Both the position numbers and the translations under genes were made by a program. 64,000 nucleotides of DNA, taken from Mayamaea pseudoterrestris (taxonomy: Eukaryota). The stretch's first letter is position 1. The number at the start of each line of letters is the position of its first letter. The DNA is taken from the NCBI GenBank assembly GCA_027923505.1, contig BROI01000009.1:682001-746000 (forward strand). Reading direction: 5' to 3'. Below are positions 12,987 through 24,386 of this stretch, one piece after another. Under the pieces are notes generated by a model, which worked only from the letters and a program-made list of their open reading frames with translations, was not told the DNA's origin and did no database searches.

Positions 12987-13544
12987 ATGTCCCGTTCAAT
13001 TCACTTTGCCATCGAGCGTTCTCGTCGGTCTTTTACAAGGAGTTTTTCAAGAAGATGCACGCACAATTCCGTTCCTTCTTCGACCACCATGCAGCAGCAT
13101 CAACCCACGACAACTACGCGATCCATGCAAAGCTCATCGCAACGTTTTAGCTATATAACGTCAAATATGGCACATTACTCGCGTCGTCACTTTACGACTC
13201 CATTTCCAAATGAATCCGCGTTTCAGTCGATGGCCGACGAAACGTTGGAAAATATACAAGATTCCATTGAACAGGCACTCGAAGACATTGGAGTCGATTA
13301 TGAACTTTCCTTTGCGAGTGGGGTTTTGACGCTTAAACTGCAGGAAGCTGGGACTTGGGTCTTGAACAAGCAGACTCCAACACGACAATTGTGGTGGTCG
13401 AGTCCAATGAGTGGGCCGAAGCGTTTCGAATTCGACTCTATAAAGGATGCATGGATTGGTACCAAAAATCAAAGCGAAATGATCACGAGTCTGCTGGAAG
13501 AGGAGATGAGACAAGTGTATCCGGACCTTGGCAAAGTATTTTAA
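12987..13544 (+). CDS. FXN: Frataxin (mitochondrial)
   Basis: SGVLTLKL..GTWVLNKQTPTRQLWWSSPMSGPKRF signature; Arg/Ser-rich presequence; start codon uncertain (12960 is an alternative). Confidence 0.93.
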   Translation: MSRSIHFAIERSRRSFTRSFSRRCTHNSVPSSTTMQQHQPTTTTRSMQSSSQRFSYITSNMAHYSRRHFTTPFPNESAFQSMADETLENIQDSIEQALEDIGVDYELSFASGVLTLKLQEAGTWVLNKQTPTRQLWWSSPMSGPKRFEFDSIKDAWIGTKNQSEMITSLLEEEMRQVYPDLGKVF

Positions 13545-13638
13545 CTGTTTGTTGCGACATCTAAATGCAAGATACAATCATACAGTAGTGTACACGAATT
13601 GGAGGCTACCCACGACATGTAGGCAAGTATGCAATAAT

Positions 13639-15333
13639 CTAATCATTTAGTAAATCATCCAAATCATCGTCGTTCCAATTGTCGTCGTCGCCGAGATCCG
13701 ACGTGCCCGATGGAAGAGGTGTCGCGCCCATGGATGAGCCCTTCCATCGATTTGCGGAAGTACTGGTAGCAGTCGTTGTTCTGGAAGACGGATTTTCCGA
13801 TAGCCCCATTTCCGCAAAGAAGTCGTCCGATTTTGTACGGTTCACTATTGGTGCAGCAGCTGGTAGCGTTTTTGGTAAGGGCGCTGCTGGTTGGCGAGCC
13901 TTGGATGCCTGCGATGGCCGTTGCGTCAAAGGCTGCGCCTTGACTCCCTTTAGAGACATGCCTCGAACGCTTGGTGGTGCTGTAGTTTGTGGCGACTCGC
14001 GTGCTTTGGTTGCCGGCGCTTCGTGTGGCCTATGAATGGGCAACTCCATAGACTTAGGCGGAGAGAACTTTACATCATTGTCGTCATCGCCGTCCCAACC
14101 CCACTCATCGTCCGAGTCGGCGGATGATCTGTGTCGTGACGGATGCATCATGAGCAAGTATAAAACAATAATAGAAACTGACTGCACGCTGCGTTGTCAT
14201 ACTTACAAGCCTTGGTATGCAGCTCGTTGACTCGACCCAAGGTGCCCCTGTCCTCCTGCTCGACAGCACAGGCGACGCAGTATTGTACAAAGGGCACATA
14301 AGACAACAAGTCCCATGCCAATGGTCATTCCGTTAGATATTAGAAAGTCTTGCACTGGATTCATCGAGTAGTAGTCGTCTTCGTAGCTTGCCTCATTGTT
14401 TGCTGCGGCAGTCGGCTTTGGTTCTTCTGGCAACAGCGTTGGCGGCGCATCTACTGGTGTGCTAGTCGGCGGATCGGTGATTTGAGTCTTGGGAGTAATC
14501 GTCGGTGCATTTGTCAGCGATGGTGTCACTCTTGTTGCCGTTGGTGAAATGGTAGGTGGACGTGTTGTCGTTGCAGGTGTTGGTGATGCACTGGGAGCTT
14601 TCGTCGGTAATTCGGTTAGACACATTGTGTCGACATCTAATTCATCATCTTTGTCAACTTGGCTGCACTGGTTGTCGCCCCACCAGCAGATTTTGCCGGA
14701 CGTTTGAAGCTTATCATTTGCCGTCCTGCAAGCTTCGCATGACGATGCTGCAGTGCAGTAGTCGTCGGTAGGCGAGTTCGTCGGTGCTTCAGTGGGAGCA
14801 TCTGTAGCGTCAGTGGCGTCAGTGCCTTTGTTGTTGGAATGATTAGAGTCTTCATTGGTTGCGGATGCAGTTGGTGCTTTCGTTGGAGGATCAGTGGTTG
14901 CTCGATTGTCCTCTTTAGTCGCTCCACCTTCTTCAGTGTCATCTACGACATCAGCGCCCTTCGCATCGCCCGTTTCGTTCTTATCAGTTGTTGCCGTCTT
15001 CGGTTTCTTCGTACCACGGTCAGTGATTGCAGCGTCCTTTACTTGCCGTTGCCGTATCAGCTTTGTAGGAACTGCGAGGTTGCTGCTGCCATGACGTTCT
15101 TGCAGCTGCTGCTTCTGCTGCTCCGCTCGAGCGGAAAGCGACGCTGGTAGGTGGGTTGAGGCGTCGACAGTGACGAGTATAATGAAGCAAAATATCGCAA
15201 CATAGCTTGCCCATGGGATGGCTAATTGTGGTCTGCGAATGAATGCACTCGCCGTGGAAATTGATGGTATCGCACTGTCGCTTCTGATGGACGTCATAAT
15301 ACCTCCGCTGCTCTTGACGTTTCTATTCTTCAT
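13639..15333 (-). CDS. Mucin-like membrane protein with a PSI-like Cys module; exons 15333-14207, 14128-13639
   Basis: Hydrophobic N-terminal segment, PT/TxAP repeats, CTAASSCEAC..CWWGDNQCS, a TM segment and acidic Trp motifs (DDEWGWD, NWNDDDLDDLL); GTAAGT..CACAG intron. Confidence 0.65.
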
Positions 15334-15463
15334 AAAGTAGATGCTCCCTGCGCGTGATTCAGGTCTTGATAACAGTTATAGAATAGGCAAGCATTGATGG
15401 TGCCACAATTCGACAAGATTCTCGTCATGGTGGTGCGAGGCGGCGACGCGTGGGATGTGATTC

Positions 15464-15720
15464 TTACGTCACAGGGCTATAGTATGAAACGAGTGCCAGT
15501 GAAAACTGCGTCATTAGGCAATTGTATGAAACGAGTGCCAGTGAAAACTACGTCATAAGGCAATAGTACGAAACAAGTGCTAGTGAAAACTGCGTCACAC
15601 GACGAATGCCAGTGAAAACTGCTTCATAAGGCAATAGTATGAAACGAGTGCCAGTGTCAATTACGTCATCAGGCAGTAGTATGAAACGAGTGCCAGTGTC
15701 AATTACGTCACAGGGCAATA
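15464..15720. repeat. 42-bp minisatellite, array 1 (5 full units plus 1 shortened unit)
   Basis: Consensus TAAGGCAATAGTATGAAACGAGTGCCAGTG(AAAAC/TCAAT)TACGTCA, repeated head to tail. Confidence 0.95.
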
Positions 15721-15875
15721 CCGGTTGTTCGAGTTGGCGCACGATGATGGACAAGACTCGTCGGCGGCCGAAACGGTCATGAAACCGTGACGACGAGGAT
15801 AGATTGGCCGGCTCAACTCAATCTTGTATTGGTCATTGTACAAAACCTTCAGAAATTTACCAAATATCAGCCACC

Positions 15876-17864
15876 ATGGCCTATCAAAGCAACTATCGCG
15901 ACGGCTACGCTCCAGTAGGAAGAAAACGGTAAGCCTTGAAACCGGTGATTGGCAGTGAATTGTGCTGTTTTGCTAGGGTCGCCATTTGCTTGTCGTCACT
16001 CAGTGTGAAGAAACAAGAAGGGACTGGAGTTATCGTTGAATGAATTTTGATAAGCGTTATAAAAGGCAAACTACATTTGGATGCTGCTGGCGGAGCTGTT
16101 TTTTTGCTTTGGGCAGGCGAAGTCTTATTTCAATTTATCCTTGCATTGCTCATTCTGTATCTTATATATGTTTTCCTTATTGTCGCAGATACCACCAACC
16201 TTCTCCGTCGCGAGGCTATGGAGCTTGGTGCAAATTCATTGTCATTGGAGTACTCCTTGGATTGGTGGCGACATTTGTTTGGAACAAGAGCAATGGCACG
16301 TCCGTGTCGAACCAGCCAGGTAACTGACAAGGAGAAAAGTATCGGTCGCTAATTTATGTCGTGCAAGAATCTAACCCAATCAAATCGTATTAACTGCAGC
16401 TCACAACGATTCTCCTAAAGATGATGCTGATGCTGATGCTTGGTCCAACAAGGTTTCGAACAGTCTTGTGGATGCCGGTAATGATAATGGTGCGACGGAA
16501 GCTGACGATGATGGCGACAGTGCGGTAAGGACATGAACAGTTGGATGCATTCCGTTTTCAATTCTTTTCATTGCTGATTGCGTCTCTTGATGCTTCTTTA
16601 GGACGACGATGATACCAGCGGCGACGATGAGGACTATGAAGACGATGGAAATGTGAGTTTGAATGGGCTGTTTGCATGGACCTCTCGCTTGAAGCAACAA
16701 TGCTTGTCGTTCGATGTCTCACATATCGATTTGTTTGTATAGGGCGACGACTACAATGATCCAGACGCAGGGGGTGATGCAAATGACGACGATGCGACCG
16801 CAAATGACGATGACGATGGCGCGACGGAACAAGTCTTGGATGCTGCCGTTGGAGACGTGTTGCAAGACTTGGAAGATGTTGAAACGCAGGAACTGCAGAC
16901 TGACGAAGCCAAGGTTAATGCGGCACTAGACGCAGTCATTGACAAGGTTCGTGAAGACGTCGTAGCGTTTGTGGGGGACAAGCTCTCGGAGGAGCAGATT
17001 ACTAGCTTGACAGAAGACACGGCGCAACATGTGCGAACGCATGTTTCGGAGGAGCTAAAGAATGCGGCCAAGGAAGCCGTTGATGAAGTGGAAGAGCAAG
17101 TCGAAGGCTTGGTCGATGGCGAGTTGGAGGACGGTAACTCGATGAAGCAGATTGATACCGACTTGCACATGCACGAGGGAGAAGCTTTGACGAACCTCCG
17201 CAACATGATTAAGAATGCCGAAGCCAATATTGAACAAGGACTTTACATGTTTGCACTTGACATCGAAAAGGATATTTTGGAAAAAAGAATCGGAGAAATG
17301 CTTGGCGAGGCTGTTGCATTCGCCATTGTTGACGGCAAACTAAGCGATCCCAATGATGTTCTAAGCAAGCTTGTTGGTGCCAATGTAGACCAGCCGGATG
17401 ATGCTCCAGGCGTATCCGTGGACGCGACAGCAGGAGGCGAAAGTACCGTCGCCGATATGACGGATGAAGGCGTTGATGGTGAAGGAGATGCTGCCACTGT
17501 TGATGGTACCAGCAATGGCGACGCTGAGAATTCGGGGGGCGAAAACGTCGACTCTGAACCAACTCAAGGCGGAGTTGGTGACGGCGAGGCTACTGTTATC
17601 GATGGTGTGGATAATGTCGACGAAAACGTTGAAGATCTGCAAGGCAACGATGCGAATAGTGGTCTTGATGGAGCTACTAGTGATACCGATCTTGCATTGG
17701 ATACTGAGACTGAACCTCTGGAACAAGCGAACGAAGGTCAAGACGAGTCACAAATCCAACCGGAAGGGACCGTTGATGCTGGCAATGACGCATCGACAGG
17801 CGAGGCGGTGGCCGAGGCTGGGAGCGAGGGCAACGAGCGCCGATTGCGCGGATTCATTGGGTGA
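15876..17864 (+). CDS. Acidic type-II membrane/coiled-coil protein of unknown function; about 5 exons (15876-15928, ~16189-16319, ~16400-16504, ~16602-16651, ~16744-17864)
   Basis: CCACCATGG start, GT..AG flanked segments, a TM segment (FIVIGVLLGLVATFVW) and a long Asp/Glu-rich terminal ORF. Internal exon boundaries are approximate. Confidence 0.6.
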
Positions 17865-17994
17865 TTCGCGTTCGCTTTTATAACGTCGCACTCCCATCAC
17901 CTACCGGTAGGGTGCCGACGATACTACAATACTACCAGTAGACGATTAACAATTTCATAGTCTATAGTTTTTTGCAAAGTTGTTGCGTCTCAGA

Positions 17995-18663
17995 TTAGAA
18001 AAACTTGATACCATCCTCGGACGACGTCTCTCCTTTAAAGACTGCACACTTGCCTTGCTGCTCCAACATGCTTAGTGCTCGTCGCAGCAATTCCTCATCA
18101 GCTCCTTCAAAGGACATGCCATTTACGTCTTCTCCAGAATGTAGCTCATATAAAGTGATGACTGTATTTACATAGCCCTTTTGCTCGGCCCAATGGTAAA
18201 TGTCTGTCGCTAATTGCTCAGGTTTTCGCCAAAGTATCCGACATTGCGTCTTGGCGTCCGGATCGATCCATTCTCCGTTCCCGTGGTTTACAAAATCTTG
18301 TACGACAATCATGGCATCGTTGAGCGATAATTGTCGTTGTATTTGAACATTTCTCCAAAGCGGGCAGTCGTGAACAACCAGAGTTTTCAGCTTGAGCTGT
18401 GTGTGGTACTGAAGAATGAGTTGCCGCCACAACGCTAACTGTTTCTCACGCGTCGCAAGGACAGGTTGAATAGTGAAGAATGGCGGAAAGTGATAGAATT
18501 CCGGAAACTGAAGATAATTGAAAGAGGTATATGAATGTGAGACTTACAAAGTCAATCGTTCATTACCTCGACGACAAACCAAATCTAGCACTCGTAGCAG
18601 CGTCGAGGCGGTGAATAGACAAAAACGATCGCGTCAGTCACAGACCTCGTATTGTGAGCTCAT
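17995..18663 (-). CDS. VPS25: ESCRT-II subunit VPS25; micro-exon 18663-18646, then ~18507-17995
   Basis: Spliced MSSQYE|FPEFYHFPPFFTIQP..REKQLALW; WRKPEQLA, TLYEL and C-terminal GIKFF. Confidence 0.92.
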
Positions 18664-18822
18664 GCTAAATTGGAATAATGACAGCTACGGAAATGCGACC
18701 GTCTTTGATAAAAATCCTTGGTGCGAGCGGCAGGTTTTACCATGGCAGGTCCGTCGCGAATGATGAGGTTGGCTGATGATGTGTCGTCTACGAATCGCAT
18801 CGGTACTCAAGACATAACATTT

Positions 18823-19047
18823 ACAGTACTCTTTGTGCCACAGTCATCGTCCGTTGAAAATCAAAGTTTTTGACACTACTGTTTGAGCGACAGTCAACGT
18901 ACGTTGAGAATCAAAGTTTTTGGCACTACTGTTTGAGCGACAGTCAACGTACGTTGAGAATCAAAGTTTTTGGCACTACTGTGTGTGCCACAGACATCGT
19001 CCGTTGAAAATCAGAGTTTACGTTGAAAATCAAAGTTTTTGGCACTA
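18823..19047. repeat. 50-bp tandem repeat (about 4.5 units)
   Basis: Unit CACTACTGTTTGAGCGACAGTCAACGTACGTTGAGAATCAAAGTTTTTGG; two identical central copies with variant flanking copies. Confidence 0.93.
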
Positions 19048-20014
19048 TACTTATTTTATGTTGCGAGCATCGGCGCGATAGAAACTCGTTCACAAGGCCG
19101 CACATTGCTCTCGCATATCAACTTCTCAACACGAACAAATCAATATCCCTTGGTAGACTTGATGAGTTAGTGACCATGCGCAAGCAGAGAGCTATGTTGT
19201 ACAAGGCGCTCTCGTTGGAACAGAAGTGTTTTAACGCGCCGGTATGGACTGGATGCAATCGTTAACATGATGCTCCATTTTCTGGCATAAGTTACCAAGT
19301 GAAGCACTCAAGCATGCGGTCGAGACGGGAAACATTGGCAAATCGGCGCACGACGCCAGGAAGGGCATGCCTTCAACGGATCCGTCCGAAGAGTATTGAC
19401 GAGCAATGACATTGCAGCAGCACTTCTATCGCCTTGATCGTCGTCGACAATCAAGAGTATGACTCGTACACGAGCATGTTGAGAAATATCTGATTTGATG
19501 AAATATTAGAAGCTGTTGTCAGGGTGGCTGCGTAGAAAGTTTGCGATGATTAGCGATGGTGCTACGGTGCAAAACCTCACGATACCATTCTTTGGCATAC
19601 GGAGAAGTAGTAACAGGTCATGTTAATCGGTGTGTGCCTTAATGAAACGTCCTCATTTCCTCACATAGGGTCCGGACTTGCGTCCGGACTTGCTCCGTAC
19701 AAGCGCAGTCAGTCTTAATCAGATACCGCACATCGCTCCTCCGTTTCCATTAAGCAGCATTTCGGCTACGCGGAAGATGGAGAGCGAAAGACGTTGATTC
19801 GTAATACGCGAAAACAAAACTACAGACACGAAGTAAAAACTACATTGTCTATAAGGCGTTTCTTGTGTATGCAAAGTAATGTCCGTCGTCCACCACCATC
19901 GCCTTCACAAATATCATTTGGGAATTTGGAACGGTCTAATGATGTTTCTTCGGCACCAGTCGCTTGTCATGAGTTAGCATATACCCCGACAAGCTCAAAC
20001 TATCAGCACTTTCT

Positions 20015-20498
20015 TTAATACTGGTTTGGGTCGGGAAGGTTGGTCAAAATTAACGTGGCCACGACGGCAAAGGCCGCCAATCCTCCACCGGCAACCAAGA
20101 CGGTTGCTCCCTTTTCGTCCGAGCTCTTGGAACTGACTTCCATCTTTGGCTCAATCGCCCAAACATTGGACTTGCCATCTTGGTCAACGGAAACTCCTCG
20201 GTCAACTGATGGAACACCAGGCATGTCGTCGTTCGCCATCCTTGATGAAAGAACTCTTTGGCGTGCGCCGAATGGAACTGTGCAGTTGAGAAAGAGAGTC
20301 AGTAATGAGCAACTTTGAACGTTGATGCGTATCGAGTCAGAACTATCTGTAACATTGTATTCGCTCCATCTTCAGACCATCGATCAGTCCATAAATCATT
20401 TTTCGTAGGAAGAATACAGAGAAGAACGTACCTGTAAAAGCCTGCGTTGACGCGAAGACGGCGAAGAGAAGAGCAGCAAGGAAAGAGAAGCGAGTCAT
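20015..20498 (-). CDS. Small plastid-targeted protein with C-terminal TM; exons 20498-20432, 20277-20015
   Basis: MTRFSFLAALLFAVFASTQA-FT ASAF-type presequence; GTACGT..CACAG intron in frame; hydrophobic C-terminus. Confidence 0.7.
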
Positions 20499-21014
20499 GA
20501 TACAGTAACAGATAAAGTGATTGTGGAGAGAGTCGAGAGGCAGTTTTGCGATTGTGACTCGGCCGATGATGGAAGTGGCAGGGCCATGGGCTTCACCCGT
20601 CAGGCAAATGGCGTGACCACGTTTGTCATCGCGCGCCGACGTGTTTTCTGTTGACGCAAAACGTCATTATGTCTTTACTGACAATGCTTATGAAAAGCTA
20701 TCCACTGCTCCACAGGCAATGCACAGATAGATCCCATAAAAGCCTACGATAGCATAGACGGAGTATCATACATGTACTCTCTTGCAATGGAATGGGACGA
20801 CCGAGAAAAGCGCTTGAATCTTATCGGTATATATGTACCTACACTTTGCACGCTGTAGTCATAATAGCTACAGTAATATGTCGGATTATCGTGATTTGAT
20901 TGTTTGAGTCGGCGTGTTGTTGCCACTCTATAACGCGTACATATTTACGTGGCATAGGAGTATCCGCGAGCCGCTCCAACTACTCCACCCACCGTACCAT
21001 AATCATACATGCAG

Positions 21015-21572
21015 TTAATCATATCCAATAAAACCTCCGACCCGCAACAGCTCCTCAACTTGTCCCGGCAAGCTAACTCCAGTCCATAGTTCCGTCAAGA
21101 GTCCTGTGACAAGAAAAAACATGGCTGTTCGTCCATTCAATAGTTCCGCCTTGGTTACAAATCCAACCTGCTTCTCGGCATCCCATTCATCCTCCTGCCG
21201 GCGTCGTCTCCAAGCATCCTCGAGCTTTCCCAAAGCTGTGACTTGTTCGGCGATCTCAATGTCACTCAACACGACTTTTCCTGGAACATTTTCGGTAATC
21301 CAGTCGTCATCGGAAGCAAACTTGGCGTCCCAATCAAAATCGCCCTTCAGTTCCGGAAGTTCGGGGCGATCGGGATTGCGGCCAGGTTCGGCATACTCGC
21401 GATCAGCAAGCGAAACAGAGTCGTCGTTACTGGCTTGCAGTGGTAGTGGTTTGTTCATTAGTCGACTACCGGTAGATGCGACAGATGATGCTTGAATGGA
21501 GAAGGCCCATGATGTTGTTGCCGTATGCAAAAGCAGCAGCGCCATCGAGGTAAGTGAGAATTTGAAACACAT
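21015..21572 (-). CDS. LHC-like stress protein (HLIP/OHP/SEP superfamily), plastid-targeted
   Basis: SWA-FS presequence; chlorophyll-binding helix AELLNGRTAM..GLLTELWTG. Confidence 0.8.
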   Translation of the reverse strand: MCFKFSLTSMALLLLHTATTSWAFSIQASSVASTGSRLMNKPLPLQASNDDSVSLADREYAEPGRNPDRPELPELKGDFDWDAKFASDDDWITENVPGKVVLSDIEIAEQVTALGKLEDAWRRRRQEDEWDAEKQVGFVTKAELLNGRTAMFFLVTGLLTELWTGVSLPGQVEELLRVGGFIGYD

Positions 21573-21847
21573 TTAGCTTGGATCTTCTTGTATGAATGGG
21601 CTTGCTAAAGATGCATTTGACTGGAAGGACGCCGACTGAGCCTTCTTGCCTGCTGCTTGATGGCTGCGTCAAACCGAAGATCGAGCCAAGTCATGGTGAA
21701 GCAACGTCAGTGAGTCCGTTTGCGCGTCGTACCGGTTCTCCATTTCGTGGCGCGTCGGCGCGGTGTATCTTCTCGCACCTTCGTTCATTTGCCGCTTTGC
21801 CGCCACCGACCATTGGACGACTTACCACCCTTGTCATCTTACCTGTA

Positions 21848-23704
21848 ATGATGCTAGCCAGTCGCACTTTACGCTTGCGAGTCTCGCAGCAGAGTCGACT
21901 TTGGCAGCGGTCCTTGGCGGCTGCAACCTCCAAGCAAAAGCGTGCTTTGAATCCCGAACAAATCCATGGTACTCCAACAGCATCGACCAATACCACGACA
22001 AAGTCCCCGCCTCCTCCACCTCCAACTAGCGTTAAACCTCCTGCATCGATTGGAAATAGCAGTGCCTCTAATAATTTGATTCCTTTTGGAATTGTAGGAG
22101 CGGTTGCCGTTGGTGGAGGAGCGTTCTATTTCGCAAAGCAAATGAGCGGCGATGAAACGTCGGTTACTCCAAACGCAAAGAGTACTATGGTAGCCAAGGA
22201 GAGCGTCGTTGACACGCCTGCAAAGGCCGAACCTGCAACGTTAAGCGGTTCTTTGAAAAACTTGCAATCTACCAATGCTTCTGAAGGAAATCGAGTGACG
22301 AGTATTGCAATGCCTCCAAAGATGAAAAATGCCAACGCTTCATATACGCCACCTCTTCCAGCAAACCCTATTGACGGCCATCGCGTCTCGTCGCTTACTC
22401 CGATAACTACCAAAAACAACGATGAAGGAGAAGTCAAGGGCAAGGAAAAGGAGAAGGAGAAGGAGGAAGCACGTAAAACAATTCTCGCAGACGCTAGCAT
22501 GACGAAGCAAGCCATTCAGGAACTCACTCCCAAGGAATCGTCGCCAGCATCATTGGAATCGCAGGAATCATTGATCAAGTCGCATCATTCTCTTTGGTCC
22601 AGCATGGAGGAATCATATCTAAAAGACCTTGACACGCTCACCTACTCGCAACTTCAAACTCGCATAGTTCAACTCGCGTCGGAACTTAAGGAACGCACCA
22701 AGTGGGAAGCTGTTCGCTTGAAGGAGTTTCTCGCTATGAAGGAGCGTGAAACGGCCAATCACTACATGGACTTGATGCAAAAGCAGCGGAGTGAATTTGA
22801 AAGTATCTTGGCGGAGCGACTTCGCAATTTAGAACACGAGCTACAGCTCAAGGCGAATGCAGCTTTACAGGAGAAGGAAATGACGATTCAAAACCTCTTG
22901 TCAACAGCACTCGAGGCGCAAAAGAAGGAGCATGAAGAAGACATGAAAGCACAGGAGGAGCTGATCCGTCTACAGATCACGACGCAAGTTCAAGACGAGT
23001 TTAGTCAGCAGCTGGAGCTCTACAAAAAGCAAGTGGCCCAGGAACTCGAGCAAAAGGTTTCGGCTTTGCAGTCCCTTACGAAGAAGCTTCAAAAACTCGA
23101 AAATGCTCTGCAGGCAAGTCAAACCTTTCAAAACAGCTCCATGTATGCGCATCGCTTGTCAGCCGCCGCATTGGCCTTGGCGGAGCGACTCGAATCGCAT
23201 CAGCCTGTGGCAGCCGAAATTACCGCGCTCCAATCCGTGGCCGGCGAGGAGGGGGTTATTCCGACGGCGCTGCAAACAATTCCATCCTCGGCGGCGCAAA
23301 CTGGAGTCCCTACCTTGGCGGAACTGCAAGCTGATTTTGATCTGGTCTATGATAAGTGTCGGCAAGCTGCCTTGGTTCCAAAAGGACGTACAGGTGTCGT
23401 CGGTCAATTAGCCGGCATGCTGTTTGCCAAGTTGAAGTATCCACCGAGTCCGGATGAACCGGCGCCGGAAGGTACCAGCAACCAGCCTGCCGACAATGCG
23501 GAGTACTTACTGGCACGTGCGAAAAAGCATGTGAGCTTTGGGCAGTTAGAGCAGGCCGTCGACCAACTGGAGCATTTGACTGGTCAAGCTGGTTTCACCG
23601 CCAAGGATTGGAAGCAGCAAGCAATGGACCGCATTGCGGTTGACAAGGCTCTTCGAGTGATTAAGATGGAATGTGCGTTGCTGAACGAGAGCATGTCAGA
23701 ATAG
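21848..23704 (+). CDS. MIC60: MICOS subunit MIC60 / mitofilin
   Basis: Mitochondrial presequence, a single TM, a long coiled coil and a C-terminal mitofilin domain (GVPTLAELQADF, LARAKKHV..GQLEQAV..L..LTG...DW). Confidence 0.85.
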   Translation: MMLASRTLRLRVSQQSRLWQRSLAAATSKQKRALNPEQIHGTPTASTNTTTKSPPPPPPTSVKPPASIGNSSASNNLIPFGIVGAVAVGGGAFYFAKQMSGDETSVTPNAKSTMVAKESVVDTPAKAEPATLSGSLKNLQSTNASEGNRVTSIAMPPKMKNANASYTPPLPANPIDGHRVSSLTPITTKNNDEGEVKGKEKEKEKEEARKTILADASMTKQAIQELTPKESSPASLESQESLIKSHHSLWSSMEESYLKDLDTLTYSQLQTRIVQLASELKERTKWEAVRLKEFLAMKERETANHYMDLMQKQRSEFESILAERLRNLEHELQLKANAALQEKEMTIQNLLSTALEAQKKEHEEDMKAQEELIRLQITTQVQDEFSQQLELYKKQVAQELEQKVSALQSLTKKLQKLENALQASQTFQNSSMYAHRLSAAALALAERLESHQPVAAEITALQSVAGEEGVIPTALQTIPSSAAQTGVPTLAELQADFDLVYDKCRQAALVPKGRTGVVGQLAGMLFAKLKYPPSPDEPAPEGTSNQPADNAEYLLARAKKHVSFGQLEQAVDQLEHLTGQAGFTAKDWKQQAMDRIAVDKALRVIKMECALLNESMSE

Positions 23705-24386
23705 ATATAAAATCAACAGCATTATTGTGGTAGGATATATCCGAACATGCTTCACGACATTAATTGGTGCGCTGCCACTGCGACGCAGATGACGTCAACC
23801 GTAGCGCGCATGCAATGACCCCTCGCAATGACCGTGTTAGCTATCCCAGAAAACATTGCTGTACTTTAGAAGTATGCTCTCGAACCATTGATTACCCCCT
23901 CAATTAATGTAATCTCTTGCCCCTCCTTTGGTTCCTTATAGACGAGCGTTGTTGGCAACAACCCATCAAATAGTTACTTTGACTGTGAAGGCCACTGTGT
24001 CTACTGTTTGGCAGTGTTTGTGCGCGCGGAGCGCGCAAAAATCTTTGCAGGCTTTGTTAAACCTTTGATCCTACCACCTCCCCGCCCCGCGAATGTGTTT
24101 GCAAGTGTTGTGCTCGTGCCTACTCTGCTGGTCATGGTGATGCTTGGTCGATTCAAATTAATTTGATTATAATCGCAAAAATAAAGTGCATGACTCTTCG
24201 TGGTGCCTGTAATGGTCATCTTAGTTGATAATAGGCTGAGGAAGGGTGAACTACGGTAGCTTTGTATCATGTCTTTCATTGCTTATCGCACCGGTTTTAA
24301 AGATCGTCGGACCCGATCGTTCGTCGAAGTCGAAGCAGCTGGCTCAGACCAGATCAGAAGGCAACACCGACGGTACAACAGCGATA

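Noticed and set aside
15464..15720. CRISPR-like appearance of the 42-bp arrays (also 31731-32056) and of the 50-bp array
   Set aside because: Units are contiguous with no unique spacers, there are no cas genes, and the context is eukaryotic.
15548..15754. Repeat peptide ORFs (DVIDTGTRFILLP), also at 31911-32153
   Set aside because: A by-product of a unit length divisible by 3; the frame breaks at the central interruption in both arrays.
19050..19800. Possible degraded gene or ncRNA in long intergenic stretches (also 5730-7300 and 2000-2600)
   Set aside because: Only short ORFs and no recognisable motif or structure; a homology search would be needed.
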